Assembly: GCA_030019415.1 (NCBI GenBank) | Contig: JASEEX010000006.1 | Coordinates: forward strand, 693 to 64,692 | Source: Thermodesulfovibrionales bacterium | GTDB taxonomy: Bacteria > Nitrospirota > Thermodesulfovibrionia > Thermodesulfovibrionales > SM23-35 | Direction of reading: 5' to 3' | DNA: 64,000 nucleotides | Shown here: positions 44,133-54,567 of the stretch, piece by piece | How positions within the stretch are numbered: the first letter of the stretch is position 1 | Layout of the letters: the number at the start of each line of letters is the position of its first letter | Notes under the pieces: generated by a model | Database searches by the model: none | What the model was told of the DNA's origin: nothing | Seen by the model: only the letters and a program-made list of their open reading frames with translations | Position numbers and translations under genes: made by a program

Positions 44133-44879
44133 TTAAAATCTATTAAACTTCACTATCCTGACAAAACTCTCGGCCTTCAGGCTTGCACCACCGACGAGCG
44201 CACCGTCTACATCCTTGCAAACCATCAGGGAATCTATATTCTCAGGAGTTACACTACCTCCATATATTATACGAACCTCATCACCTTTATTACCATATTT
44301 AACCCCGATCCTTTCTCTTATATAGGCATGGGCCTCTTGGGCCTGTTCGGGTGTTGCTGTCTTCCCCGTACCTATTGCCCAGATAGGCTCGTATGCTATG
44401 ACTATGTCTCCGGTATCAGTTTCGAATAGCCCCTTATCAATTTCTCTCTCAAGGACATCAAAGGTCTTTCCTGCCTCCCTCTCTTCAAGGGATTCACCAA
44501 TACAGAGGATTGCGCCAACCCCTCCCCTTTTTGCGGCCTTTATCTTTCTGTTTACGATTTCATCCGTCTCGTCGAAATACTGTCTTCTTTCAGAATGGCC
44601 TATAATCGCATACCTGCAACCAATATCTGCAAGCATAAGAGGAGAAACCTCGCCTGTATATGCGCCCTTCTCTTCATAGAATACATCCTGTGCAGCAATT
44701 ATAACATTAGAATTCTTAAGTTCTTCTGCAGCTACCACCAGAGAGGTAAAAGGCGGTGCGATAACAATATCAACATCCGTTACATCTTTTACTTCAGGAA
44801 TAAAACTGGATATAAACTCTCGTGTCCCGGATACAGTCTTGTTCATCTTCCAATTTGCTGCTATAAAGGGCCTTCGCAT
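44133..44879 (-). CDS. tpiA: triosephosphate isomerase
   Basis: AANWKMN, IIGHSERR and YEPIWAIGTG motifs. Confidence 0.95.
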   Translation of the reverse strand: MRRPFIAANWKMNKTVSGTREFISSFIPEVKDVTDVDIVIAPPFTSLVVAAEELKNSNVIIAAQDVFYEEKGAYTGEVSPLMLADIGCRYAIIGHSERRQYFDETDEIVNRKIKAAKRGGVGAILCIGESLEEREAGKTFDVLEREIDKGLFETDTGDIVIAYEPIWAIGTGKTATPEQAQEAHAYIRERIGVKYGNKGDEVRIIYGGSVTPENIDSLMVCKDVDGALVGGASLKAESFVRIVKFNRF

Positions 44880-44926
44880 TTCGATAATTTAGTTAATATA
44901 CGATTTTATGTCAAGGTCAAAGGGCA

Positions 44927-45793
44927 TCATATCTTAACCCTTCTAAGAAACGCTGAGTTACTTACAACAGACAATGAGCTTATAGACATAGCTAAAGCTG
45001 CAATAATAGGGTTTAAAAGACCAAAGGCAGCGATAGGAATAGCAGCAGTATTATAAAAGAACGCCCAGAAAAGGTTTTGCTTTATCTTCCGCATCGTTGC
45101 CCTGCTAAGCTTTATCCCTTTAATGACGTTTCTCAGGTCTTCACTGACCAATATAATTCCCCCTGTCTCCTTGGCAACATCCGAGCCACTTCCTATGGCT
45201 ATTCCAATGTCTGCCTGAGCAAGGACAGGGGAATCGTTAATCCCGTCTCCAACCATTGCCACAACCTTTCCCTCTGCTTGAAGATCTTTTATAACTTTTG
45301 CCTTATCACCTGGAACGACATTAGCTATGATCCTCTCTATCCCTGCCCTTGCACCTATAGATCTTGCTGTTCTTTCATTGTCACCGGTTAGCAAGACAAC
45401 TTGAATTCCTTCGGCCTTAAGCCCTTTCACTACATCTTCTGCATATCCCTTCAGGGTATCAGCAACGGCGATCAGACCTTTCAGTTTGTTGTCTACTGCC
45501 ACAATCATCACGGTATTGCCCTTTTCCTCAAGGTCTGATAACTCTGTTTCTCTGTCTTCTATAGAGATACCCCTGTCTTTCATCAGTCTCCTATTTCCTA
45601 TCAATATCTCCTCTCCATTAAAGTTTACCCTGACCCCGTGGCCGGGCATGGCTTCAAAAGCTTCAGCGTCTGGTATAGTGAGAGCCATCATATTTGCTTT
45701 TTTGATTATGGCCTCTGCAAGGGGGTGCTCTGAACCTTTCTCTGCAATAGAGGCAGGAAGGATGACATCCTTTTCACTTCCAACAAAGGCCAC
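44927..45793 (-). pseudogene. C-terminal third of a heavy-metal P1B-type ATPase (CopA-like)
   Basis: SEHPLAEAI, MVGDGINDSP and the last two TM helices are present. The metal-binding domain, TM1-6, CPC and DKTGT regions are absent. Confidence 0.7.
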
Positions 45794-45981
45794 TATCTCT
45801 GTAACTTTGCGTACCTCTTTTTCAAAATATCAAGGGTGGTTTCTTTTTTCTCTCCTTTTTTAGCACTTCCCACAATTAATTTAACAAGATAAACGATTCC
45901 CAAGATAACAAGTACCCAAAAGAGAATCATGAAAATCCACCCGAATCCAAATCCTATTCCCCATCCATAATCCCAGTGCAT
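45793..45981 (-). CDS. small membrane protein with truncated SHOCT-like tail
   Basis: A Gly/Trp/Phe-rich TM helix followed by [10 protein letters not shown], which resembles the start of a SHOCT domain and is cut off at the junction with the ATPase fragment. Confidence 0.4.
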   Translation of the reverse strand: MHWDYGWGIGFGFGWIFMILFWVLVILGIVYLVKLIVGSAKKGEKKETTLDILKKRYAKLQR

Positions 45982-46023
45982 ATAACCTCCTTTTGCGATA
46001 GGTTAGCGCTTAACATCTGATCT

Positions 46024-46152
46024 TTGCGGCTTGTCCGCAATCCTTCCGACATGTTTGGAATCGAAGAAAGATTCCAGACAAGCTGGAATGACAAGAATAA
46101 ACCAAGATTCTGTACAGATCCTCGACGAGACGAGGACACAAGCCAGAATGAC
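46024..46152. repeat. string of short GC hairpins plus a direct 15-mer repeat
   Basis: TTGCGG-cttgt-CCGCAA, TGGAATC-gaagaaa-GATTCCA and TCCTCG-acgaga-CGAGGA. ACAAGCTGGAATGACA is repeated as ACAAGCCAGAATGACA. Confidence 0.55.
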
Positions 46153-46201
46153 ATTTTAGAGACAAATAGAAAAACTAGCAAATAAGCTCTAATAAAAAGC
46201 G

Positions 46202-46384
46202 TTATTTTTTCTTTGCTTTTTGTTTGCTTCGAAGTTCTTTCGCCTTTTCTTTAATTTCCGTCAAGTCCCACTGCATTTCGCTCCAGCCATACCAAAGAGC
46301 ATAGTCGGGGTTTGCATGGAATGTTCCTTGGAATGTTCTCATCCGGTGTTTGAGAGACATTATAAAGAGCTTCTGTTCAATCAC
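46202..46384 (-). CDS. hypothetical protein, probably a C-terminal gene remnant
   Basis: The frame stays open upstream to about 46470 without a start codon. Lys-rich tail. No family recognised. Confidence 0.25.
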   Translation of the reverse strand: MIEQKLFIMSLKHRMRTFQGTFHANPDYALWYGWSEMQWDLTEIKEKAKELRSKQKAKKK

Positions 46385-46644
46385 TGTTGGTGCGTCATGG
46401 AAAGTGAGCAGGTCAGGAAATGGATAGGCATAGTTTTTTGGTTTTGCAATTATACCGTCCTTGTATAAGGAAGCAACAGTGTTAATCGCTGGTCAAAAGG
46501 ATTTGTTCTCAATTTAACTTTTCTAATCTAATACGTTTTTCTCTCTCATACAGCAACCCGCTTATTATTAAGATAACAAGTAGGACCTGGATTGGGACAA
46601 AGGCAATGTCCTGCTATCGCATCTAATTCAATAACCTCTCCTCT

Positions 46645-47358
46645 TCAAGAGACTGCTCTTTTACCTGAACGAAGCCGGGAGAGCGCCTCTCTGGCAGCAA
46701 GGGTCTGTGCCTCTTTCTTGCTTTTTCCTGCACCCCTGCCGAACTTCTTCCCTCCTATAAAGACTTCAATTGTGAAAATCTTTTTATGCTCTTCCCCCTC
46801 CTGTTTTATAACTCTATATTCAGGAAGGGCACCGAATAAGAGTTGAGTCTTTTCCTGAAGCTCTGTCTTAAAGTCGTGGAATTCGTTAGAATGCAGGATA
46901 ACATCTATTTTTTCTCTGAACAATCTCAGTAAAAGTTCTCTAACCTTTTTGTAACCACCGTCTATGTAAATTGCCCCAAAAAGAGCCTCAATCGCATCCG
47001 CCAAAAGCGACTTTTTAGCCCTACCCCCGGTAGCTTCCTCACCTTTTCCGAGTCTGAGGTATTTTCCGAGAGATATAGAGTCAGCAATCTCAGAAAGGAT
47101 AGATTCCTTTACAAGATAGGATTTAATCTTAGCCATAACTGACTCTGTAAATTTCCTGTCTGATAAAAAGAGATGTTCGACTATTACAAATCCGAGTATA
47201 GAATCGCCGAGGAATTCAAGCCTTTCATTATAGGCAACTGCCTTATCCGGATTCTCATGATAGAAAGACTTGTGCGTCAGGGCCTCTATGAGAAGCTCCT
47301 TATTCTTGAATACATAACCGAGACGCCTTTCTAATTCAGCAGTATTTTTCAATTTCAA
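46645..47358 (-). CDS. rnc: ribonuclease III
   Basis: ERLEFLGDS catalytic signature and a C-terminal dsRBD (GKSKKEAQTLAAREAL). Confidence 0.92.
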   Translation of the reverse strand: MKLKNTAELERRLGYVFKNKELLIEALTHKSFYHENPDKAVAYNERLEFLGDSILGFVIVEHLFLSDRKFTESVMAKIKSYLVKESILSEIADSISLGKYLRLGKGEEATGGRAKKSLLADAIEALFGAIYIDGGYKKVRELLLRLFREKIDVILHSNEFHDFKTELQEKTQLLFGALPEYRVIKQEGEEHKKIFTIEVFIGGKKFGRGAGKSKKEAQTLAAREALSRLRSGKRAVS

Positions 47359-47399
47359 TTAGGTTACAATGAGTTATCAAATTTCTTATTTCTAATTTC
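47359..47399. repeat. heptamer-phased AT-rich spacer (AATTTCT-type units)
   Basis: caaatttct tatttct aatttct tacttaa atttctt, between fabF and rnc. Confidence 0.5.
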
Positions 47400-48641
47400 T
47401 TACTTAAATTTCTTAAACAAGAGGCAGGCATTGGTCCCACCGAATCCAAAAGAGTTGGATAAGGCATAATTGACCGTCATCTTTCTTGCTTTGTGGGGGA
47501 CATAATCAAGGTCACACTCAGGGTCCGGGTTATCCAGGTTTATTGTTGGTGGGACTATGTCATTGTAAATACTTAGTATGCTGATAACCGCCTCAACACC
47601 CCCTGCGGCACCAAGTAAATGTCCTGTCATAGATTTTGTTGAACTGACTGCTACCTTATAGGCATGTTCTCCAAACACTGTCTTTATGGCATTGCTTTCG
47701 AGCTCATCTCCGTATTTTGTTGAAGTGCCATGGGCATTTATGTAATCCACCTCTGAGGGTTCAACTCCTCCATCCTTTAATGCCATCGCGATACACCTTG
47801 CAGCACCCTCACCACTTGGAGAAGGAGCGGTAATATGATATGCATCTGCGGTCATACCATAACCAACTATCTCCGCATATATTTTTGCGCCTCTATCCAT
47901 GGCGTTTTCAAGGCTCTCAAGTATTACAATACCGGCACCCTCCCCCATTACAAAACCGTCTCTATCAATATCAAAAGGCCTGCTTGCCTTTTCTGGCTCA
48001 CCATTTCTTGTAGAAAGAGCCTTCATTGCATTAAATCCCCCTATCCCTAAAGGTGTTATTACTGCCTCCGTCCCTCCTGCAATCATAGCATCTGCCTCAC
48101 CTCTCTGGATAATCTTAAATGCATCTCCGACCGAGTGACTTCCTGTAGCGCATGCAGTAGATACCGCAGAGTTTGGCCCTTTTGCACCGAACCTTATGGA
48201 TATCTGACCTGAGGCAAGATTTATGGCTAACATCGGGATAAAAAAGGGCGTTATCCTTCTCGGGCCTTTCTCAAGTAAAACAGAGTGGTAATGTTCAATT
48301 GTGTGCAGACCTCCCATACCTGAACCGACAATCACACCTATCCTTTCTGCATTACTGTCCATTATCTTCAGACCGGAGTCATCCAGGGCCATTGCCGTAG
48401 CAGCAATAGCGAAGTGGATAAAGCGGTCCATCTTCTTAAGTTCTTTAGGCTCTATGTAATCTTCAGGGTTAAAATCTTCCACCTCACCAGCTATCTGCGT
48501 CTGAAAGGTGGAGGCATCGAAATAAGTTATCTTTCTGATACCAGATTTGCCATTGATAAGATTTTCCCATGTAGTCTTAACACCCACACCGACGGGTGTT
48601 ATAAGACCCAAACCGGTTATAACAACTCTTCCCCTATCCAT
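47400..48641 (-). CDS. fabF: beta-ketoacyl-ACP synthase II
   Basis: Active-site ACATGS, the HGTST and GHLLGAAG motifs. 413 aa. Confidence 0.95.
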   Translation of the reverse strand: MDRGRVVITGLGLITPVGVGVKTTWENLINGKSGIRKITYFDASTFQTQIAGEVEDFNPEDYIEPKELKKMDRFIHFAIAATAMALDDSGLKIMDSNAERIGVIVGSGMGGLHTIEHYHSVLLEKGPRRITPFFIPMLAINLASGQISIRFGAKGPNSAVSTACATGSHSVGDAFKIIQRGEADAMIAGGTEAVITPLGIGGFNAMKALSTRNGEPEKASRPFDIDRDGFVMGEGAGIVILESLENAMDRGAKIYAEIVGYGMTADAYHITAPSPSGEGAARCIAMALKDGGVEPSEVDYINAHGTSTKYGDELESNAIKTVFGEHAYKVAVSSTKSMTGHLLGAAGGVEAVISILSIYNDIVPPTINLDNPDPECDLDYVPHKARKMTVNYALSNSFGFGGTNACLLFKKFK

Positions 48642-48877
48642 TATGCCGAGGGCTTTTTCTTATCAATATATTCAATAGCATCCTTGACCTTTACGATCTT
48701 CTCCGCATCCTCGTCAGGTATCTCGATCCCGAATGTCTCTTCAAATGCCATGACGAGCTCTACTGTATCTAATGAATCTGCACCGAGGTCCTCAACGAAA
48801 GATGTCTCGGCCGTAATCTCCGCAAGGTTCACCCCGAGCTGTTTTGATATAATCTCCTTTACCTTTTCTTCTACCAT
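48641..48877 (-). CDS. acpP: acyl carrier protein
   Basis: [15 protein letters not shown] phosphopantetheine site. 78 aa from the ATG at 48877, with a GGAGGTG SD. Confidence 0.95.
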   Translation of the reverse strand: MVEEKVKEIISKQLGVNLAEITAETSFVEDLGADSLDTVELVMAFEETFGIEIPDEDAEKIVKVKDAIEYIDKKKPSA

Positions 48878-48892
48878 AAAAGCACCTCCAAA

Positions 48893-48955
48893 CTTAAATT
48901 TCAAATATCAAATTTCAAATATCAAATTTTGGAATTTGGAATTTGGAATTTCTTT
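48893..48955. repeat. heptamer-built hairpin in the fabG-acpP spacer
   Basis: Left arm AAATTTC AAATATC AAATTTC AAATATC AAATTTT (G-free). Right arm GGAATTT GGAATTT GGAATTT (C-free). Confidence 0.75.
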
Positions 48956-49695
48956 CACATATACATGCCGCCATTCACGTGTATCACCTGACCTGTTATA
49001 TAGCTCGAATCAGGTGATGCAAGAAAAATAACGGCATTTGCGACATCCTCCACTGTGCCGAATCTCCCTAAAGGAATAAGCCTCTTCATCTCCTCCTTCA
49101 CACTCTCTGGCAGAACATCTGTCATTGCAGTCTTTATAAAACCAGGGGCAACGGCATTCACTGTTATCCCCCTGTTTGCATATTCCCTTGCTATTGTCTT
49201 TGTAAGTCCGACTATCCCTGCTTTTGAGGCACTGTAATTTGCCTGCCCTGGATTACCCATAAATGCAGCTACAGATGCAATATTAACTATCCTTCCATAT
49301 CGCCGCTGAGACATCTCCTTTATAGCCTCTCTGGAACAAAGGAAGACACCCTTAAGATTGATATCCACTACAGAGTCCCAGTCTTCCTCCTTCATTCTGA
49401 GTAACAGGCTGTCTTTTGTTATGCCGGCGTTGTTTATCAATATATCTATCCTGTTGAACTCCTTACGCATATCCTCGAATGCCTTTTTAACCTCCTCTGA
49501 CTTCGATACATCAAGTTTTATTCCCATGGCCTTGATTCCGAGAGCTGTAAAAGCCGCCGCAGCCTCGATGGCTGCATCAGGGTTTATGTCTGCAACAGCT
49601 AAATTGACGTCCTTTTTTGCAAGCCCCTCAGCAATTGCCTTGCCAATACCACGTCCTCCGCCTGTAACTATTGCAACCTGCCCTTTAAAATCCAT
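48955..49695 (-). CDS. fabG: 3-oxoacyl-ACP reductase
   Basis: TGGGRGIG, NNAG and YSASK motifs. 246 aa. Confidence 0.95.
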   Translation of the reverse strand: MDFKGQVAIVTGGGRGIGKAIAEGLAKKDVNLAVADINPDAAIEAAAAFTALGIKAMGIKLDVSKSEEVKKAFEDMRKEFNRIDILINNAGITKDSLLLRMKEEDWDSVVDINLKGVFLCSREAIKEMSQRRYGRIVNIASVAAFMGNPGQANYSASKAGIVGLTKTIAREYANRGITVNAVAPGFIKTAMTDVLPESVKEEMKRLIPLGRFGTVEDVANAVIFLASPDSSYITGQVIHVNGGMYM

Positions 49696-49917
49696 ATAAG
49701 CCTCCTTTAAAAACCGGCATTAATTGTAACAAAGTGCCCTTCTCTTTTCCAGTCTTTCTTTGTTGATAAGCATTTCCGATTCCGTGATGACAGGATATAG
49801 TATTTGAATTTTCTTAGGTAAATCTGTTATTTTTAGAATAATCGCTGTCATTTCCTTGTACCTGCTTTTTTATAATTTAATTTTATTTATTGCGGACAGA
49901 GATAGAGGTAAGGCTAT

Positions 49918-51153
49918 ATGAAAGGTAAAGTATATCTAATCGATGTGACAAATAGGGATGGTGTGCAGACATCTAGGATACTCCTTCCAAAGCTCTCCAA
50001 GACGATGTTAAACATCTATCTTGATGAAATGGGTATTTATCAGAGCGAGGTAGGTTTTCCTACGCTTAAACATGAGGTCAATTATATAAACGCAAACCTC
50101 GAACTTGTAAAACTCGGCGCAATAAAGAGGATTCACCTTGAGGGCTGGTGCAGGGCGATACCCGAAGATGTGAGGCTCACCTTCAAAAACTGCCCTGAAC
50201 TCAAACATATAAATGTCTCAATGTCAACATCAGAGATAATGATACAGGGTAAGTTTCAGGGTAGAAAGACCTTCAAGGATATTATTAAATCCCTTGTTGA
50301 GGCTGTAAAGACTGCAAAGGAGCTCGGGGCAGAAACTGTGGGGGTAAATGCAGAAGATGCATCGAGGACAGAGCTTGACAGGTTGATAGAATTCACCCTT
50401 GCAGGCAAAGAAACGGGGGCAGACCGCTTCAGATACTGTGACACGCTTGGTACAGATGACCCCATAACCATATATGAGAGGACAAAGGCACTTGCCCTCG
50501 CTACAAAATTCCCAATAGAAATGCACTGCCATAATGACCTGGGGATGGCAGAGGCTGTTTCTGTAGCAGGTGCACAGGGAGCTATAGAAGGCGGTGTTGA
50601 TTCTTATATAAATACAACTGTCAATGGTTACGGAGAGCGATGTGGCAATTGCGACCTGATATCAACAATTTTAGCACTTAAATTTTCACACAGACTTAAA
50701 GATAAAGTCCCCCTCGACGAGCATGTAGACCTCAAGAAGGCATGGAAGATCAGCAGATACGCATCATATGCATTTAATATACCTATACCGATAAACCAGC
50801 CGGGAGTAGGTGCAAATGCATTTGCTCACGAATCAGGAATACACGCAGATGGGGCATTGAAAGACAGACGTAATTATGAGCTCTACGATCCTGAGGATGT
50901 GGGAAGGGGTGAACCGGAACTCTCAGAAACTGGAAGGATAATAACAACAGGAGAGTATGGAGGCATTAAAGGCTTCAGGCATGTTTATGACAAATTTGGC
51001 ATTCATTTTCACGATGACAATGAAGCAAGAAGGATACTTGAACTCGTACAGTATGCCAATCTTCACACACAGAAACCTCTTACAGATGATGAGTTGAGGT
51101 TTGTTGCTACTTATCCCGAGATTGCACAGAAGATACTCACCGCAAATCCATAA
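49918..51153 (+). CDS. HMGL-like (homocitrate/isopropylmalate synthase family) enzyme; candidate Re-face citrate synthase
   Basis: DRE-TIM barrel with HCHNDLG and HESGIH motifs. The N-terminal motif is DVTNRDGVQ rather than the DTTLRDGEQ of IPMS/HCS/CMS. Its stop overlaps the icd start. Confidence 0.55.
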   Translation: MKGKVYLIDVTNRDGVQTSRILLPKLSKTMLNIYLDEMGIYQSEVGFPTLKHEVNYINANLELVKLGAIKRIHLEGWCRAIPEDVRLTFKNCPELKHINVSMSTSEIMIQGKFQGRKTFKDIIKSLVEAVKTAKELGAETVGVNAEDASRTELDRLIEFTLAGKETGADRFRYCDTLGTDDPITIYERTKALALATKFPIEMHCHNDLGMAEAVSVAGAQGAIEGGVDSYINTTVNGYGERCGNCDLISTILALKFSHRLKDKVPLDEHVDLKKAWKISRYASYAFNIPIPINQPGVGANAFAHESGIHADGALKDRRNYELYDPEDVGRGEPELSETGRIITTGEYGGIKGFRHVYDKFGIHFHDDNEARRILELVQYANLHTQKPLTDDELRFVATYPEIAQKILTANP

Positions 51154-52229
51154 TGTATAACATCACATTTATACCAGGAGATGGCATAGGACCTGAAATC
51201 TCTGTGGCGACAAAACGGGTAATTGAAGCCACAGGTGTTGATATAAGGTGGGATATCCACGAGGCTGGGCAAGAGGTATTTGAAAAGGAAGGAACCCCCC
51301 TGCCTCAGAAAGTCATTGATTCTATAGAGAAGAACAGGGTAGCCCTAAAGGGGCCTATCACCACACCCGTAGGAATGGGTTTCAGGAGCGTTAATGTTAC
51401 ACTCAGACAGAACCTTGACCTCTATTGTTGTCTAAGGCCATGTAAAACCTTTAAAGGTACAAGGACAAGATATGAAGATGTTGACCTCGCCATAATCAGG
51501 GAAAATACGGAAGATCTATATGCCGGAATCGAATTCGAGAAAGGCTCAGAAGATACAAAAAAGCTTATAGATTTCATCATTGGGTCAACAGAGAAGATAA
51601 TCAGACCTGATTCAGGTATAAGCATTAAACCCATATCTGTTTATGCCACAGAGAGGATTGTAAGTTTCGCATTTGAGTATGCGAGAAAAAATAAAAGAAA
51701 AAAGGTTACGGCAGTACATAAGGCAAACATAATGAAATGTTCAGATGGGCTCTTTCTTGAAACTGCAAGAAATGTAGCAAAGAGATATCCCGATATCCAG
51801 TTCGAAGACAGGATAGTTGACAACATGTGTATGCAGCTCGTGCAGAAACCCGAACTTTATGATGTAATAGTCCTTCCCAATCTTTACGGTGATATTATAT
51901 CTGATCTGGCAGCAGGTCTTATAGGAGGGCTCGGCCTTGCCCCTGGTGTAAACCTCGGAGAAGAGGTCGCTGTATTCGAGCCTGCCCACGGGAGTGCCCC
52001 TAAGTACAAAGGGTTGAATAAAGTAAACCCTCTTGCTATGATACTTTCAGGGGTTATGATGCTCAGACATTTAGGGGAGATCGAGGCAGCCAGAAGATTA
52101 GAGGGAGCCGTCGCATCTGTGATAGAAGAGGGAAGATATGTAACATATGACATGAAGCCGACACCAGATGACCCAACTGCTGCAACAACATCAATGGTTG
52201 CGGATGCCATTATCGAGAAATTGACCTGA
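51153..52229 (+). CDS. icd: isocitrate dehydrogenase (beta-decarboxylating dehydrogenase family, NAD-IDH-like)
   Basis: [31 protein letters not shown] and NLYGDIISD motifs. 358 aa. Confidence 0.75.
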   Translation: MYNITFIPGDGIGPEISVATKRVIEATGVDIRWDIHEAGQEVFEKEGTPLPQKVIDSIEKNRVALKGPITTPVGMGFRSVNVTLRQNLDLYCCLRPCKTFKGTRTRYEDVDLAIIRENTEDLYAGIEFEKGSEDTKKLIDFIIGSTEKIIRPDSGISIKPISVYATERIVSFAFEYARKNKRKKVTAVHKANIMKCSDGLFLETARNVAKRYPDIQFEDRIVDNMCMQLVQKPELYDVIVLPNLYGDIISDLAAGLIGGLGLAPGVNLGEEVAVFEPAHGSAPKYKGLNKVNPLAMILSGVMMLRHLGEIEAARRLEGAVASVIEEGRYVTYDMKPTPDDPTAATTSMVADAIIEKLT

Positions 52230-52328
52230 TAGTCCAAATGGAAACTGACATTTCACCTATAAGAGAACCCCGAAATAAAATAAAAATTCCGGAACTCCTT
52301 AGTTTTAAATTTTTAATTTTCAATATAC

Positions 52329-53633
52329 ATGTGGCTTGATATCCTTCTTATCATAATTTTTATCCTCTTAAATGGCTTTTTTGCTGCATCTGAGATAGCC
52401 GTAGTTACACTCAGGAGAACACGCATCAAACAACTAATTGATGAAGGCAGGAAGAATGCAACGCTTTTACATAAACTGAGAAAGGAACCAGACCGATTTC
52501 TTGCCACAATTCAGATTGGTATCACACTGGCAGGAGTCCTGGCAGCTGCCATCGGTGGCGCCGCTGCAATTGAGATTATAAAACCAGTTCTCAAAAATAT
52601 ACCCGTACCTCTTATCTCTGTGCCAAGTGAGGCGATATCTATAGGGACTGTGGCTGTAATAATTACCTATTTCTCCACCGTCTTTGGCGAACTCATCCCA
52701 AAGTCAATAGCCCTTTCCAAGCCGGAAACCGTTGGCCTTTTCGTTGCTCCGTTAATAGACAGATTTTCCAAATTAGCCACAGTATTTGTTCATATCTTGG
52801 TAGCAAGCACAAATATGTTGTTAAAACCCTTCGGCAAAAGGGCATTTAGCGAAAGGGGATACATCTCGGAGGAAGAGATAAAGCTTCTCTTAGAAGAGGG
52901 AAAAGAAAGGGGCATCTTTGAGGCTGAGGAAAAGGAGCTTATACAGAGCGTTTTTGAGTTTACAGACATCTTCGTAAAGGAGGTAATGATCCCTGCTCCC
53001 CAGATGGTTACCATTGGAATTAATATGACTGTTGATGAGGTGAAGACAATCATTTCAGAAGAGAAATTTTCCCGTTACCCTGTCATAGGTAAGGATTTGA
53101 ATGATATCAGAGGCATTCTTTATGCCAAAGACTTTTCCAATACCCTTTTAAGGACAGGAAGCGTTGATATACGCAGAATCATAAAACCTCCATTTTTCAT
53201 CCCTGAAACCTTGAAGATAAGTATTCTTTTAAGGGAAATGCAGAGGAAGAGGGTTCATATGGCGATAGTAATAGATGAATACGGTGCTGTTTCAGGGCTG
53301 GTGACATTAGAGGACCTCCTTGAAGAGATCGTTGGTGAGATCAGGGATGAATACGATATCGAAAGTCCAGTTATTCAGCTCAGTAATGGCACTATGATAA
53401 TAGACGCATCCATAAGTATCAGGGACCTTAGCGAGGATTATAATATAGAAATTCCAGAATCACCAGAGTATGACACACTGGGAGGTTTTATTGTAACGTA
53501 TCTTCAGAGAATACCAAAGACAGGAGACACAATAGAGATTGAAGGCAAGAGATTGAGAATTGTTGAGATGGTTGGGCAGAGGATAGCAAAGGTAAAACTC
53601 GAAAAACTGCCAGAAGAAGAGGGACTGCAATGA
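52329..53633 (+). CDS. CNNM/DUF21-CBS-CorC_HlyC family (hemolysin-like) membrane protein
   Basis: N-terminal four-TM DUF21 domain (FFAASEIA), CBS pair, and C-terminal CorC domain. Confidence 0.85.
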   Translation: MWLDILLIIIFILLNGFFAASEIAVVTLRRTRIKQLIDEGRKNATLLHKLRKEPDRFLATIQIGITLAGVLAAAIGGAAAIEIIKPVLKNIPVPLISVPSEAISIGTVAVIITYFSTVFGELIPKSIALSKPETVGLFVAPLIDRFSKLATVFVHILVASTNMLLKPFGKRAFSERGYISEEEIKLLLEEGKERGIFEAEEKELIQSVFEFTDIFVKEVMIPAPQMVTIGINMTVDEVKTIISEEKFSRYPVIGKDLNDIRGILYAKDFSNTLLRTGSVDIRRIIKPPFFIPETLKISILLREMQRKRVHMAIVIDEYGAVSGLVTLEDLLEEIVGEIRDEYDIESPVIQLSNGTMIIDASISIRDLSEDYNIEIPESPEYDTLGGFIVTYLQRIPKTGDTIEIEGKRLRIVEMVGQRIAKVKLEKLPEEEGLQ

Positions 53634-54556
53634 GGAAAAGGGTATCAATAATAGGTGCAGGTAATGTCGGCGCCACAACCGCACAATTTGTTGTACAGTC
53701 AGGAATCGCTGATGTTGTAATGTTTGATATTGCAGAGGGAATACCGCAGGGGAAGGCACTGGACATTGCTGAGGCATGTCCCCTCTGGGGTTCATCATCT
53801 GCAATTAAAGGAACGAATAAGTATACTGATACAGCAGACTCTAACATTGTCGTCATTGCAGCCGGGTTTCCCAGAAAACCCGGAATGTCAAGAGACGACC
53901 TTCTCCATGCTAATGCTAACGTAATCAGAGAAACATGTATTGAGATTGCAAGGACTTCTCCAAATGCTATTATCATCGTTGTAACCAACCCAATGGATGT
54001 TATGACATACCTTGCATGGAAGGCCACGGAGTTTTCCTGCAGACGTGTTATAGGTATGGGCGGCATACTTGATGCAGCGAGATTAACAGCATTTCTTTCA
54101 TGGGAATTCAATGTGTCACCGGAAGATGTAGAAGCACTTCTTCTTGGAGGACATAGTGATGAGATGGTCCCACTTACAAGGTTTACAGCCGTAAAAGGAA
54201 TACCGGTAACAGAGCTCCTGCCCAAAAAGACTATCAATTCATTGATAGAGAAAACGAGAAAGGGTGGTGCAGAAATAGTTTCTCTGCTTAAATCAGGGAG
54301 TGCGTATTATGCACCTGCTGCAGCAATATTTCAGATGATAAAATCAATCCTTCTCGATGAAAAACGTGTGCTCCCTTGCGCTGCATATCTTAATGGAGAA
54401 TATGGGGTGAAGGATATTTATGTGGGTGTGCCCGTTATACTCGGGAAAGAGGGTGTCGAAAAGGTTATAGAGGTAAACCTTACCAAAGAAGAAAAGACAC
54501 AATTCATGAGATCCTGTACATCTGTTAGAAAATTAATAAAAAAACTATCAATATAG
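53630..54556 (+). CDS. mdh: malate dehydrogenase (LDH-like type)
   Basis: GAGNVGAT Rossmann motif, PRKPGMSRDDL substrate loop with Arg, and GGHSDEMVP. Confidence 0.9.
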   Translation: MRKRVSIIGAGNVGATTAQFVVQSGIADVVMFDIAEGIPQGKALDIAEACPLWGSSSAIKGTNKYTDTADSNIVVIAAGFPRKPGMSRDDLLHANANVIRETCIEIARTSPNAIIIVVTNPMDVMTYLAWKATEFSCRRVIGMGGILDAARLTAFLSWEFNVSPEDVEALLLGGHSDEMVPLTRFTAVKGIPVTELLPKKTINSLIEKTRKGGAEIVSLLKSGSAYYAPAAAIFQMIKSILLDEKRVLPCAAYLNGEYGVKDIYVGVPVILGKEGVEKVIEVNLTKEEKTQFMRSCTSVRKLIKKLSI

Positions 54557-54567
54557 GTGGGTGAAGG

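Noticed and set aside
45954-46181. 75-aa ORF MLVFLFVSKMSFWLVSSSRRGSVQNLG...
   Set aside because: It is read across the hairpin/direct-repeat cluster, has no SD, and its sequence is dictated by the repeats. It is a repeat-derived spurious ORF.
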